This document shows, in pieces, positions 47,779-59,364 of a stretch of 64,000 nt of DNA. The position numbers and the translations under genes were made by a program. Location of the stretch: contig JAPEUD010000098.1 in assembly GCA_026026165.1 (NCBI GenBank), forward strand, positions 1-64,000, written 5' to 3'. This stretch comes from Sarea resinae (taxonomy: Eukaryota). The notes beneath the pieces were generated by a model. That model saw only the letters and a program-made list of their open reading frames with translations, made no database searches and was not told where the DNA came from. Within the stretch, counting starts at the first letter, position 1. Each line of letters starts with the position of its first letter.

Positions 47779-50259
47779 ATGTTGCTCTTGGCATCCGGGC
47801 GCTGTTTCGCCGCCCAAATGACAGTCGCAAAGGCCCGTCGACTCCACTCGGCATCCCCAGCTTCTTCGAAGAACAGGACACCGCTGCGATCGATCGGCGT
47901 CAGTCTTGCTCTGGGCGCGGCATTCGGATGTTGCTACCTCTTTGAAGCACTCGATCTACCTCTTCTTCCCCGTCTGTATAATGACAGCGAAGACCGGGCC
48001 AAGTGGTCTCAAGTACCGACAGTTGTCAGCAAGAAGCAAAGTCGGAAGAGGCTACGAGAAAAAAGAGAGGCCATCGAAAGCAAAGAAGAGGAAATTGCTC
48101 GCTCCGCCCAAAGAGAAGCCTCGATCGACAATGACGAGAGCCAAAAGGAATGCGTCACATTCGCGGCCAGATTCGCCGCTGCGAGGGCTTCAATCGCCTC
48201 AACGGAATGGGCGGCATTCGGTGATAGCATAGCAGATCTCATCGTCCCGACTTGGGTTCGGCTCCTGCCCGACTATATTACGAAATTGCAAGTCGAGCTC
48301 TCAATGGCCCCAGGGTCACTCGCCGATGTCATCTGGCAAGAAGCTCAAGATCCCGAAATCAATCCGGAGATCGAATGGGACGCTTCTGTCAGAATCTCAG
48401 GTGATCTGTGCGACGATGAGAAGACTTTCCTGCGACGCAGAAAGAAGCATACTACACAGGCGCTGGCTAGGTATCTTGGCATCCCAGAGAAGGAAGTTCA
48501 CCCTGAGGATGTACCTACCATTGCAATGTGCGGGTCCGGCGGTGGACTGAGAGCACTTGTTGCGGGCACCGCTTCATATTTATCCACGCAAGAAGCAGGC
48601 CTTTTTGATTGTGTCACATATACAGCTGGAGTCAGCGGCAGTTGCTGGTTACAAACGTTATATTTCTCATCTCTTGGGAAGCGGCGATATGACGCCCTTG
48701 TGGACCACCTCAAGGCCAGGATCGGTGTCCACATCGCCTTTCCACCAGCGGCATTAGGCCTACTCGCAACAGCGCCTACGAACAAATTTCTTTTGAGTGG
48801 CTTTGTAGAGAAGCTTCGAGCGAACCCTGAAGCTGATTTTGGCCTTGTTGATATATATGGCATGCTGCTGGCGGCAAGACTTCTGGTCCCCAAGGGTGAG
48901 CTCGCTGTTGATGATCGTGACCTCAAACTTTCGAACCAACGTGCCTATATTGATCAGGGGCAGAACCCCCTACCAATTTATGCAGCGGTCCGTCACGAAA
49001 TCCCACTGGACGAAGAGATCTCAAAGAAGTCGGATTACGAGACCGCAAAGGAGCAGGCTAAAAGAGAGGCATGGTTCCAGTGGTTCGAATTTACTCCTTA
49101 CGAGCTATGGTGCGAGGAACTCGAAGCTGGCATACCTGCCTGGGCTGTGGGCCGAAAATTCCACAACGGCCGGAATGTACGCCAAGAAGATGGTGTTGTT
49201 GTCCCAGAGATGCGAATACCGCAGCTCCTAGGTATATGGGGAAGTGCATTCTGCGCCACTCTCTCCCATTACTATAAAGAGATTCGCCCGATTGTCAAGA
49301 GTATAACAGGCCTTGGAGGAGTCGATGGCCTCATCGAGGAAAGGAATGATGATCTGATCAGGGTCCATCCTATTGATCCGGCAACTATACCTAACTACGC
49401 GCTTGGATTAAAGGACAGACTTCCGCCGACCTGCCCGGAAAGTATCTTCAATAGTGAGTATCTACAACTAATGGATGCTGGAATGTCTAACAATCTGCCC
49501 ATCTATCCGCTACTTCGTCCGGGCCGAGACGTAGAAGTCTTGATCGCCTTCGACGCGTCCGCGGATATTAAGACCGAAAATTGGCTTCGTATTGCCGATG
49601 GATACGCCCGTCAGCGTGGGATAAGAGGTTGGCCTTTGGGTGCTGGATGGCCAGCAGAGGACGCGTCCACCGAGCAGACGGTGCAGGAACTGAATGCAGC
49701 TGAGGGTTCTACCGTTGAAGAGGCCGCTCAAGGAGTCGCCAAGGCGCAAGAAAAACAAAGGAGAGAAGCCAGTAGTGGTGGCGATATGTCAACCAAACCC
49801 GAAAAGCGTCGTCAGGCTACAAAGGATCTAGGCCACTGTACCGTCTGGGTAGGCACCACGGAAGAGCGTAGCTCATCGACCGAACCTCCGGCCCCAAAGA
49901 TTGTAGAAGAAGATTGGGAGCTCATGAAGCCCGATGCCGGTATCTCCGTCATCTACTTCCCGCTCCTTCCGAACCCGAAAGTCGAAGGCGTCGACCCGAG
50001 CACTTCCGACTTCATGTCGACCTGGAACTTCGTCTACACCCCCGACGATGTGGAGAAGGTGATCGCGCTCGCGAGAGCCAACTTCGAGGAGGGCCGAGAG
50101 CAGACCAAGCGGACCGTCCGGGCGGTATATGAGAGGAAAAAGGCCACCCGGTTGAAGAGATGGGCGGACGAGAAGGCAGAACGACGGAAGAGACTGATGA
50201 GGCTGGGTCTGATCGGCAAGGTGGGCGCTGGCGGCGATCACGGCGATCATTTCAGCTGA
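47779..50259 (+). CDS. Cytosolic phospholipase A2 / lysophospholipase-family protein (PLAc domain), intronless
   Basis: GSGGGLRA oxyanion/Arg motif, GVSGSCW catalytic Ser, NPLPIY, WFEFTPYE, LMDAGMSNNLP catalytic Asp; first ATG 47779. Confidence 0.9.
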   Translation: MLLLASGRCFAAQMTVAKARRLHSASPASSKNRTPLRSIGVSLALGAAFGCCYLFEALDLPLLPRLYNDSEDRAKWSQVPTVVSKKQSRKRLREKREAIESKEEEIARSAQREASIDNDESQKECVTFAARFAAARASIASTEWAAFGDSIADLIVPTWVRLLPDYITKLQVELSMAPGSLADVIWQEAQDPEINPEIEWDASVRISGDLCDDEKTFLRRRKKHTTQALARYLGIPEKEVHPEDVPTIAMCGSGGGLRALVAGTASYLSTQEAGLFDCVTYTAGVSGSCWLQTLYFSSLGKRRYDALVDHLKARIGVHIAFPPAALGLLATAPTNKFLLSGFVEKLRANPEADFGLVDIYGMLLAARLLVPKGELAVDDRDLKLSNQRAYIDQGQNPLPIYAAVRHEIPLDEEISKKSDYETAKEQAKREAWFQWFEFTPYELWCEELEAGIPAWAVGRKFHNGRNVRQEDGVVVPEMRIPQLLGIWGSAFCATLSHYYKEIRPIVKSITGLGGVDGLIEERNDDLIRVHPIDPATIPNYALGLKDRLPPTCPESIFNSEYLQLMDAGMSNNLPIYPLLRPGRDVEVLIAFDASADIKTENWLRIADGYARQRGIRGWPLGAGWPAEDASTEQTVQELNAAEGSTVEEAAQGVAKAQEKQRREASSGGDMSTKPEKRRQATKDLGHCTVWVGTTEERSSSTEPPAPKIVEEDWELMKPDAGISVIYFPLLPNPKVEGVDPSTSDFMSTWNFVYTPDDVEKVIALARANFEEGREQTKRTVRAVYERKKATRLKRWADEKAERRKRLMRLGLIGKVGAGGDHGDHFS

Positions 50260-51360
50260 AGGGGAGCCACGCGGGACTAGGCTAGCCCATCCCTATGACG
50301 GCCTGATTGGGCCTTGTCTTCCTCCTCGAGATATGTTTTCGCCGTCGAGTCAGTACGGACTACCTGGTAACAAAGTGCCTGGATGTGTTCTAGGGCGCGG
50401 CCTCGCCTGCAGAGCATCGGACTCGGGGACTCCGCCACCAGCAATCACATAAGCACCAAGATATGCGGTGTTACCTCGTATTTCAGGAATCACCTGCAGC
50501 GTACGTCCGCTCGACGGAAAGGCTAGTGAAAGAACCTGCCCGCAGATAAATAGACGCGATATGCGTACCTTACCTCAAGTCACCACTAGAGCCCTACCTA
50601 CCTAACGTATGAGCAGCTCCGACGGCAAAGTAAGGCAGCCAGCCAGCCAACAGACCGTTGCACGGGCCGAGAAAGAACCGAGCAGGCACTCAAGCCGGAG
50701 CCTCACTCGTATCGTATCATATCAGGACAACGACTGTGTCTCCGTCTGGGCCCGCCCCCAAAAAATTATTCCACGTTAGAATTATATCATAGAGCTTAGA
50801 TAGACGGATAATACCCAATAGAGTGAGTGAGTGAGTGATGAACCAGTAGTGAATTTGTATTGTATATGGAAAGGGAATATGATATTGAAGACAGTATTGT
50901 GCAGTGGGCGCCCTCTAGATCTAGAGTCTCTATCTGTCTCTACCATGCTTTACTATCGAGAGGTTACATATTTCTGTGATAGCGAAGGCGTGTGTGTGGT
51001 GCTGGACTATAGAGTATGGTATCGAGGTTTCTTTCGGGACAGGGACGGCGGTTTCTGCGAAGGGGGGGTGGGGGGAGAAGCTTCACCATTCTACCTGGAT
51101 TGATACCCTGCTTTGGGCCTCGATAATGGTGATTTGGGTGCCTTACCTGCACATATGACGGCGAAATGCCTGGAGCGCTGCGGGTCTGCAGATGGTATGC
51201 ATAAGAGACTTGTATGGTATCTGATAACAGCCTATCAAGGGCGTGACTAAGGACCAAATTCATCGTAATGCCTGCCGCTCATGAAAATAAAAAGGGAGCC
51301 CGAGATAAAGAGCCCGGGATTATTAGCTGCCCTCGTGCCTCTTGGTCGGCTCCACACTCC

Positions 51361-52371
51361 TTACTCAGCTAGGCCCCCTTCCGCTCTTCCACTTCTAGCC
51401 ATACGGGCACCAGCACCGGCACCAGCACCAGAGCCAGAGACACACCCTCCATGCTCTCGGCCACGGCCGCTATACTTCCTGAACTCCATCACCATCTCCC
51501 GGACCATGTCCTCGCGACCGAGCGGCTCGAGCCGATAATCCAGATCCTGGAGCATGGCGCGCGTGGTGGCGTTGATCTGCCTGCAGCTGAACAGATGGTT
51601 CGAGATATAGATGGCGTAGTGCGCTGGTGTTGAGTTTTCGCATTGGCCGTCGGTATGCAGGTGCGAGGAGAGGAGGAGGGCGACTAGGATGATGAGATCG
51701 GGCTTCAACGGCTGGGTCGAGTGAGATGGTGCTGGCGCAGTCAATGAGGTAGAGTATTCATTCGGGGCGGTATCGACGAGTTCGAGAGGTTGTAGAGGTG
51801 ACTGTGGTGGAGAGGGAAGCGGGGACGGGGACGGGGACGGACAGTTGAGGCATTCTCTTCGCCAGGCCTGCGTGAAGCGGGTGGAGAGATTGTCTAGGAT
51901 GCAGGCTGCGAGGGCGATGGTCTCAATTGGGAGCTCGACCCGCGAGAGAAAGGCATGGATCAGGCGGGGAGAGGGACGGGAGATACTCGTGTTTGGGGGG
52001 ACGAGATTACAGAGATGATGTGCTGGGCCTAGGGAAAAGGGGGAAGTCGTCAGTCATCTGCCATCAGGGAGAGAGAAATAGAGAGAGAAAAGGAAGGCTG
52101 TATATTTGTGTTGGCTGTAGCTAGATTCGGTTGATACAGGGACTAGAGCAATACCTAAGAGGTCAGGGTCGAAGACTTCATCTTCCTCAATGCCGAGATC
52201 GGTGTCCGCGACGACAGGTTGTCTTGAACCGCCGTCTGGAGAGCTGGGAGGAGTCGGAAGGTTAGACAGCGGAAGATATGGCGTCAGGTAGAAGTCGAGA
52301 TAGTCTAGAGAGATGGAGGAATCACTGCTGGCAGAACGTGATAGCGTCAGTGGTGCCGAGTGGACGTCCAT
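51361..52371 (-). CDS. Hypothetical protein with divergent cyclin-like features, 2 exons
   Basis: Exon 1 MDVHSAPL...PLSNLPTPP...DPDLL joins through a GT-AG intron (about 52154-52029) in frame to GPAHHLCNLVP...IETIALAACILD...DLIILVALLLSSHLHTD...FSCRQINATTRAMLQDLDYRL. Confidence 0.7.
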
Positions 52372-53789
52372 GGCTGACTTGCTGCTGCGCCTGTTGGTGG
52401 AAGTGGGGAAGGCGCGCAATTAGGAAGACCTTGTGGTGGTGGAGAGAAGGGAGCGAAACACTCGTCATAAGGTGATATGGCTTTGATGACGAGTAAAGGT
52501 AGGCAGGTGACAGTGAGCAGGCAGACCAATGCCAGCCAAGGAATAGACAGTGAATGGCGTAAAGAAAGACCTTTCTTGATGAAGTTTCTTGCACTCCCTA
52601 GTTGCTGCCCATACAGCCGCAAAGTTGGACCTCGAACGCGCAAAGCGGCCACCAAGACTTTCTCATGGTAGGACAGCTGAGGTTTTGAACGGAGATTCGT
52701 GCCCGGTCGTGCAGAATAGACCCGGAATTCGGGCCAACCGCGGGCGATCGTCGATCGAAAGCTCAGCTTCCCATGCCCTTGGCTTGGCTCTGGCTGGCAT
52801 TGGCGAGAGAAGGTATGAGGTGTGAGGTTTGGGGTGTGAAGTGAGGATCTACACCGCTGCAGGTGGGTGGCCAGGACGTAAGTTGAGGAAGGATTGAGCA
52901 TGTTTGCGAATCCGAGCCCGAGAGATCGAGAGATCGTCAACTCGACAGAGAGATATCGGGCGACTGGGCAATTCCACGTCTTCACAAACTGCTCCTTCCT
53001 CTTTCTTCCATTTCTTCCACTCTCAAGCGTCCATCCTCTCACCAGCCCGCCGAGCAAGAATATCGAATGCCATTTCAAGATGACAAACGCACTGGCTGAG
53101 AGGCTCAGAGCCCATAGAGTGAGGAGTATAGTCTACAGCCCAGTGGAGAGCTGAACGACAGCATCCATGATGAGCTGATCGTTATTGATCATCGAGGGCG
53201 CAGCTCTTGGTGGGGTCGCACGGTGCGAGGCTGCTTCACCGCCTTTAAATCCAATGCCGATCGCATCGCTTAGGGGCCACTGACCCTCTTCGCCATAAGA
53301 CACGGAGCATGATGCATGATACAGCTCGAGGACTTCCAACGACTACGTATGTCGGTAGGTGATATAGGGAGATAGGGCAACAAGTCGAGCTTCCGGAACA
53401 GCAACCACCCCACCACGCCATCACAATTACATCCCCAGCTGAAGCGACCTTCAAATACACGCAGCAAACGAGGACAGAAGAGGTACACTCATAGGGTTTG
53501 ATTTCTTCTCTATTTCAATTTAGCTCAAAGACACATCTATGTCTGTCAGTCTTGTTATTTTTGAAACGGATATGTTCTGTGGTATCGTATCTGTCGAAGT
53601 CTGTCCTCTGTCCACGGCCGTGACGGTCCTCATGAAACCAAATCTTGGAACCCCAGCGAAGCAATATGCCCTTTTCAAGAAACGGAAAAAAGGAAGAAGA
53701 AAAAGAGAAATGGCACCGCTCTTGAGAGGAAAATCGAACGCAAGAGCAGACAGAAGCAAATAGAAAGAGAAGTACATAGAAAATAGAGA

Positions 53790-56700
53790 CTAGGTGTAAC
53801 TCCTCATAGCATCCATGTACCCCGTGCCACCACGAAGGTCGTGGTCGAAGCTTTCGGCCACCTGTAGGACGCGCTTGATGTGTTCCATCGAGAGTTGCTC
53901 CTGCTTATTGACGGCCAAAGCTTGTGCCGTGCGAACGCAGTTTTTGATCTATACGGTGTATTGTGTCAGTTGGATAAGAGGGATAGAGGGATAAGACGGG
54001 ATTTGATGAACAGATAGTGCAGGTTGTGAAGTATATGTTCAAGAAGTAGGGCAAGAAGGAGGTGGGAAACAAGCTCACCTGCCGACCATTGAGGTTATTG
54101 CGAGCCAGAGTATCGTAATCGTCCTCTTTGAATTCGATCGTCTGGACGCCTTCCATGGCGTTCACGCGCGCCAGGAATAATTTCCATACCGTCTTCTTAG
54201 CCTTAGTAGTGAGTTCCCCATATCTAAGTGCAATATGGATGCGGGACTGGAAGGCGTCATCGAAAGTCTCAACGCGGTTCGTCGTTAAGAACAGAATGCC
54301 CTGGAAGTACTCCAGGAGACGCAGGAATATGGAGACGAGAGCATTGCGATGGATGTCCTGGATGGTGCGCTTTTCAAGGAAGACATCGGCTTCGTCAAGA
54401 AGCAACACGGCGCCCCAAGAGTGAGCAATGTCAAGGATCTTGTTGAGTTCGCCTTCGAGGGTGCGTGGGTCGGTTCCCAGTTCACCGGCTGAGACCATGT
54501 AAAGTGGGCATTTGAGAAGCTCAGCAATGCCTTCTGCAGTGAGAGTTTTCCCTGTACCTGGGGGTCCGTGGAGAACAGCGACCAGGCCTTTGCCTTTGCC
54601 TTGAATGACGTCGTCTATGTTCTGGGCCGCGTGGAAAGTGTGCGACTCGACCAGGGCTTTGACGATAGATTTTTGGTTTTCAGGGAGCACGAGCGAGGAG
54701 AAGGCGCCCTCGTTCCATATAATGTCGTGAACGCCTGACACTGTGAATTCAAGCCAGAGTTTCTCGTTGAAGGCAAAGCCAAGCACGACTGGTGAGGCGA
54801 TGATGAGCTCTTCATCGGTGAAAGGAATGGCTTTCTTCTCTTCTCCCTCTCCTTCGTCACCCGAGTCATTGACAGCCAACTTGTCGAGCTTCTCTTGGAC
54901 AATTTCTTCGCCATTTTCGTCGACGGGGACTTTAACGATGTGGGTCTTCTTCTTGTCATCGAGGACTAATTTCCACTTTGTTGCTTCTTTGTCTTCGTCA
55001 TTGGATTGGTCGCCATTGTTCTGACCTTCATCGTCGCTGTCGGAATGTTGGCATTCGCAGCATTCATCATCTTCCTCGTCATCACTATCGCTCCAGATAT
55101 CAGGATCCTTCGGTTTCACCGTACTTATAGGATAGTTAGGATTGATTCTTCGGTAAATGGCGGGATCAACCATTATCCGGCCGTTGATGTTGACCTTGAC
55201 TACGACCCGTTTCTTTTTGTAAAAGGCCATGCCTTTGTGGAAGCGGTAGTTCATCCCTCTAAGGGCAACAAACTTCTTTCCTCTCTCCAAAAGCTTCTCT
55301 TTCAGAGCTTCTTGGTCTATTTGCACGTTAGTACTAGCGGCGAGATGATCGGTCACTGTCAATTACCTTTGTGATATTTGAGAGGATAGCAAGCCAAACC
55401 GGTAATCTTCCGAGCACCCTTAAACTTCTCCACTTCCACTTCCATCTGGCCCATGCCGAAAGATTTGCCGTCATACTCGAGATAACGCCCTTCTATGGAA
55501 TACCATTCTCCTTTCATGAATGAGCTTTCTTTGTTGGAGTATTCGATTTTGAAAGCTCGCGGTTCATCCGAGTTGCCGTATGTGGAGGTGTAAGCAATTG
55601 TGTTCGGCTTGAAGATTGCCCATAGGAGATCGAAGGTAATCAATTTTGATTCCAGGAGTGGATATAGAGTTTTCTTGGTCTCAGCGTAGTCCTTGTCCAA
55701 ATACTTGACGAGTAGCTTGACGTGTGATCTCTTCAGCGAGATTATCTTCCTCTTCTTCCGCTTCTTTTCCGCCTTCTCCTTGGTTCGGAGGTCTTTCGAG
55801 CATGCGCGAAGCTCCTCAAGATAAAGAAACAGCATATTAGGATCAACCTAATTGAAATTAGCCGACGAGCCATTGAGCATGAGAATGCCACGTACAACAG
55901 GCGTCTCTTCCACGAGACTAATTCCCTTGACCCCATCCATAATGTCGTTCAAGGCGTCTTTGAGAAGTTTGCTCTTGATATCGATTACTGTGTCGGTGTA
56001 CTTCCCTTCCCAATCAAATTTCCGCCTCACAGTAAACACGTACTGGTCATACTCATCGGCGTCCTCATCCGGCGCAGTATCGGTAAGCTTGTAATTATGG
56101 ATCGAGTCATCCCACACTACAAGTTGGTCAGCAACAATCTTCCCATTGGGATTGAACACCTTACGCTGATCGACTCTCTTGAATTCCAGCTTGCTGGCTC
56201 GCTTGCCCTTCTTCTTCGATTCCTTTGATTTTTTGCTCTTGGAAGTCTTATCCTTTGATTGCTTGTCGCCTCTGCCCGACCCAGATCGCTTCTTAGACTT
56301 CCCCAAGCGCCTTGCTCGATTTAAGAGGTCGAGTGCCTCTAGCTTAGCCAGATTAGAGACGTCCTCATCATCGTCCATTTCGGCGTCTTCAGAATCTGAA
56401 AGTTCTGGCTCACGGCTTCGTCGAGATCGCTTTCTGCTCTTAGGCTTCCTTCTCCTTCGCGTCGGCTCCTCTTCTGAAGCTTCGGAAGAGGCCTCGCTGA
56501 TTCCTGAGGAGCTCTCGGAGGCTGATTCATCGCTTGACTCTTGAGGCTTTTTCGACTTTGTCTTCCGTCGGCGGGCCCTGACCTTCTCACGGGCAGCCTT
56601 TCGAGCCTTGGTCTTGCGCGACTTCTTCTTGTCTTCGCTCTCGGATTCGGACGCAGAATCTGACTCCGTTTCGTCGTCGTCTTCATCATCATCACTCGAG

Positions 56701-57119
56701 CTACTCTCGGAAGAGTCGCTTGAGCTTGAGCTATTGTCGTTCACTTTTGGCGGCAGCTTAGCCTTCTTCTTGGAATGTTTCTTGCAGCGAGCCTTTAACT
56801 TCGCGCCCGAATCCTTTGGCTTTGGTGCCGTCGGATCGGACTTGGTCGCCGAGCTACCCTCGGCCTTTGTATCATCAACCGCTTCCGCAGAATGCTCGTC
56901 TTTGGGAGGATCCATCTTCGTCCCCGAGTCGCCGTTTAGGTCTAGTCGGACAATCTTGGATGGCTTGGATGGGTGTGGTGGAGTCTCGGAAGGAGTGCGA
57001 TCGGGAGTCAGGACCTGACCAGCCTGAGAGTCGGAATCCGAAGCAAGTTTATGAGTTGGGGTGGATGTTGTTGGGGAGGAAGTTAGACGTTGAATACTAT
57101 TTGAAGCTGAGGTTGACAT
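53790..57119 (-). CDS. Fungal AAA+ ATPase with a long S/D/E/K low-complexity N-terminus, 5 exons
   Basis: Walker A LHGPPGTGKTLTAE, Walker B LLLDEADVFL, LFLTTNR, DAFQSRIH, LNGRQ|IKN; ITFDLLWAIFKP upstream domain; ends MDAMRSYT* (TAG 53792-53790). Confidence 0.93.
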
Positions 57120-59364
57120 GAGGTATGTGTGGGCGGACTAAAGGTGCTGGGGCCAAATTCTCGTATATACCATAGATGATCACACAAACAGAGGGTAGGT
57201 AGACGGTCAATTCGGATGGCGGCCGTGGGAAAGTGGTGAAGCACTGAGAAAAGCACGCCGTTCGGTTTCCTTGCGGCGAGGGACAATCGCAAAGGTGGTC
57301 AAGGGTTGAGTGAATGCGAACGAGAATGAGATCAAGAGAGCCAAATTGGATGTCTGACGAGGATCCGAGGGGAGCAGCAGCAGCAGACCGCACCTTTATA
57401 TAGCTGTAATGATACGACCAATTCAAGTCAGGAAGAGTATGAGTCGAACCCTGGAAGGTAAGTGAATGGAAAGTAGGTAGGTAGGTATGTAGGTAGGTAG
57501 GTCAGAAAGACAGAGGATGGCAAGGGAAGGGGAGGGAAGGCAAGGCAAGGCAAGCTGAAAGGCGGGCCAGTGATTCACTGCCTCACTCGGCCGGATAGAG
57601 AGCTGTGTTGCCTGAAGATGAGCGACCGGAGCGGTAAGTAGTTGGAGCTGTCGAAGGGGTGGGAGGAGTACGGAGTACTGCGCAGTACTCCTGTAGCATA
57701 GCTGAGGTACCTTATATCGCTGCTGTCCGTATCCATTGGATGGGCAGTGGATAAGGCGTCCACACCATGTGCAGGCAGACAGATTGCAGATGCGCTTATG
57801 CTTCGTACCCATGGAGCACGCCGAACGGGGATAGATCCATGATGATCGTGCTAGTATCTCCAGCGCTTGCCTGTCACCGCATTCCCGACGCCATCGCCGT
57901 CCGTCCACAGATAGTGTACTCCGGAGTAGAGTAGACTGCTACTGTTGCTGCTACAGAGTACATAGTAGTATCACGATTACTGCGCTTCATCGGTGCTTCG
58001 ATAATTCCCAGACTCGGTAGACGCTGCGGGCTGGATCTAATCTACCTATCCACCGGCACATTCTGCGACGGATCTGGTCGAGTCGTGGTATCTCGATGCG
58101 TCCATGCAGCGACTCCCTCTGTAGGTATGAGCTGGTGGTGCTCATGCTCACCGCGTTCACCACGTTCAGCGTCGTCACAGTCGGCCATGCCTGGGGTCGT
58201 TCCGTGTTTTAGCGTGTCCAGGGAGTCTAGGCGGCCGCTTGTTCTTCGCCTATTGGAGTAATAGTGAGTAAAGACGAGGCTGCCGAGTCATGGATCTCCA
58301 CTCCTCGCCGACGATACTATCCGCTTTAAGCTGATGCATCCATGGATCTTATGGCTCACGTTTAGCACCCATGGATGGCCGTTGTGGCACAGTGGCAGCC
58401 TCCCTGTGGGTGGAGACATCCCGTCAATTCTAGAGCAGATGCTGGGGTAAGTGGAGTAGGTTATGCATCAACGTGTTAGAGAACCGTAGGGTACCTAGTA
58501 GGTGATACAGCAAGCTGGAGGGCCTCAGTCCTTGGGCACTCACCTAGGGACGTAGGTAGTAGGGTTATGCCTAGGGAAGGTACTAATCTCAGGTAAGTGC
58601 TTTGGTATCATCAAATAACGTGCGATTGAACGCATGCGGCCGGCAGCTGTGCTCAGACGGCGTCAATGACTGCAGGCTCTATTCGATGAAGCGAGCGTAC
58701 GTCGTGTCCACCCAAACGTTCCAGGAATCGACGATGATATCGATCGCACGAAATGATCCAGTCATCTCCGGATGCTGCTGTACGTATCGTGCCCGTAGTG
58801 CATTGTGCGTGGCCGCCGTTCAGTGCTCTCGGATCCATCCATGCAGCAGTGGCTATCCGGCTGCATGTAGCCGCTTCTACGGCGTCTCCTTCTCTGTCTC
58901 TTCCAGTTGTCAGAAGACAATCAAAAGTACTTCTGGGTCCATGATGAAGTCGAACTGTTGCCAGCTTACCTTGAGTACCTACCTACCTACTTACCTGCCT
59001 TGGGTAATGGTAGCTAGCTGGGCTACCTGAGTAGGTAATTTGGGGCACTGGGTTCAATGAAATCATGATGTTGCATCACTGGGACATCAGCATAATTTTG
59101 GGTTAGTCGTTACTGTTGGTGAGGTACGAAATTATTCATTCCTCGTTTTATCTGATCTGAGACTTGAAGGTAAGAGTAGCTCACGCTTTCCGCGACTGAC
59201 TGGTAGACCTGGGCATCCTGACATTCTGGTCTTCTGGTGACCAACCCGAAAAATTTAACTCCTCAAAGCGCCTGTTATTGCACCATCGGCCAGTCTCAAT
59301 TCCTCCATGACCTCGTCATGAACTGGATCAAACGAGAGATGGGTCGAGGTAGGGAGGATTGCTC

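Noticed and set aside
52347..53078. 243-aa minus-strand ORF upstream of the cyclin-like gene
   Set aside because: Non-ATG start and UTR-like composition; better explained as leader or promoter DNA.
57120..59364. 2.2-kb gene-free region as a possible transposon or RIP relic
   Set aside because: No transposase/RT motifs, terminal repeats or AT-rich RIP signature; only (GGTA)n and (GGCAA)n microsatellites.
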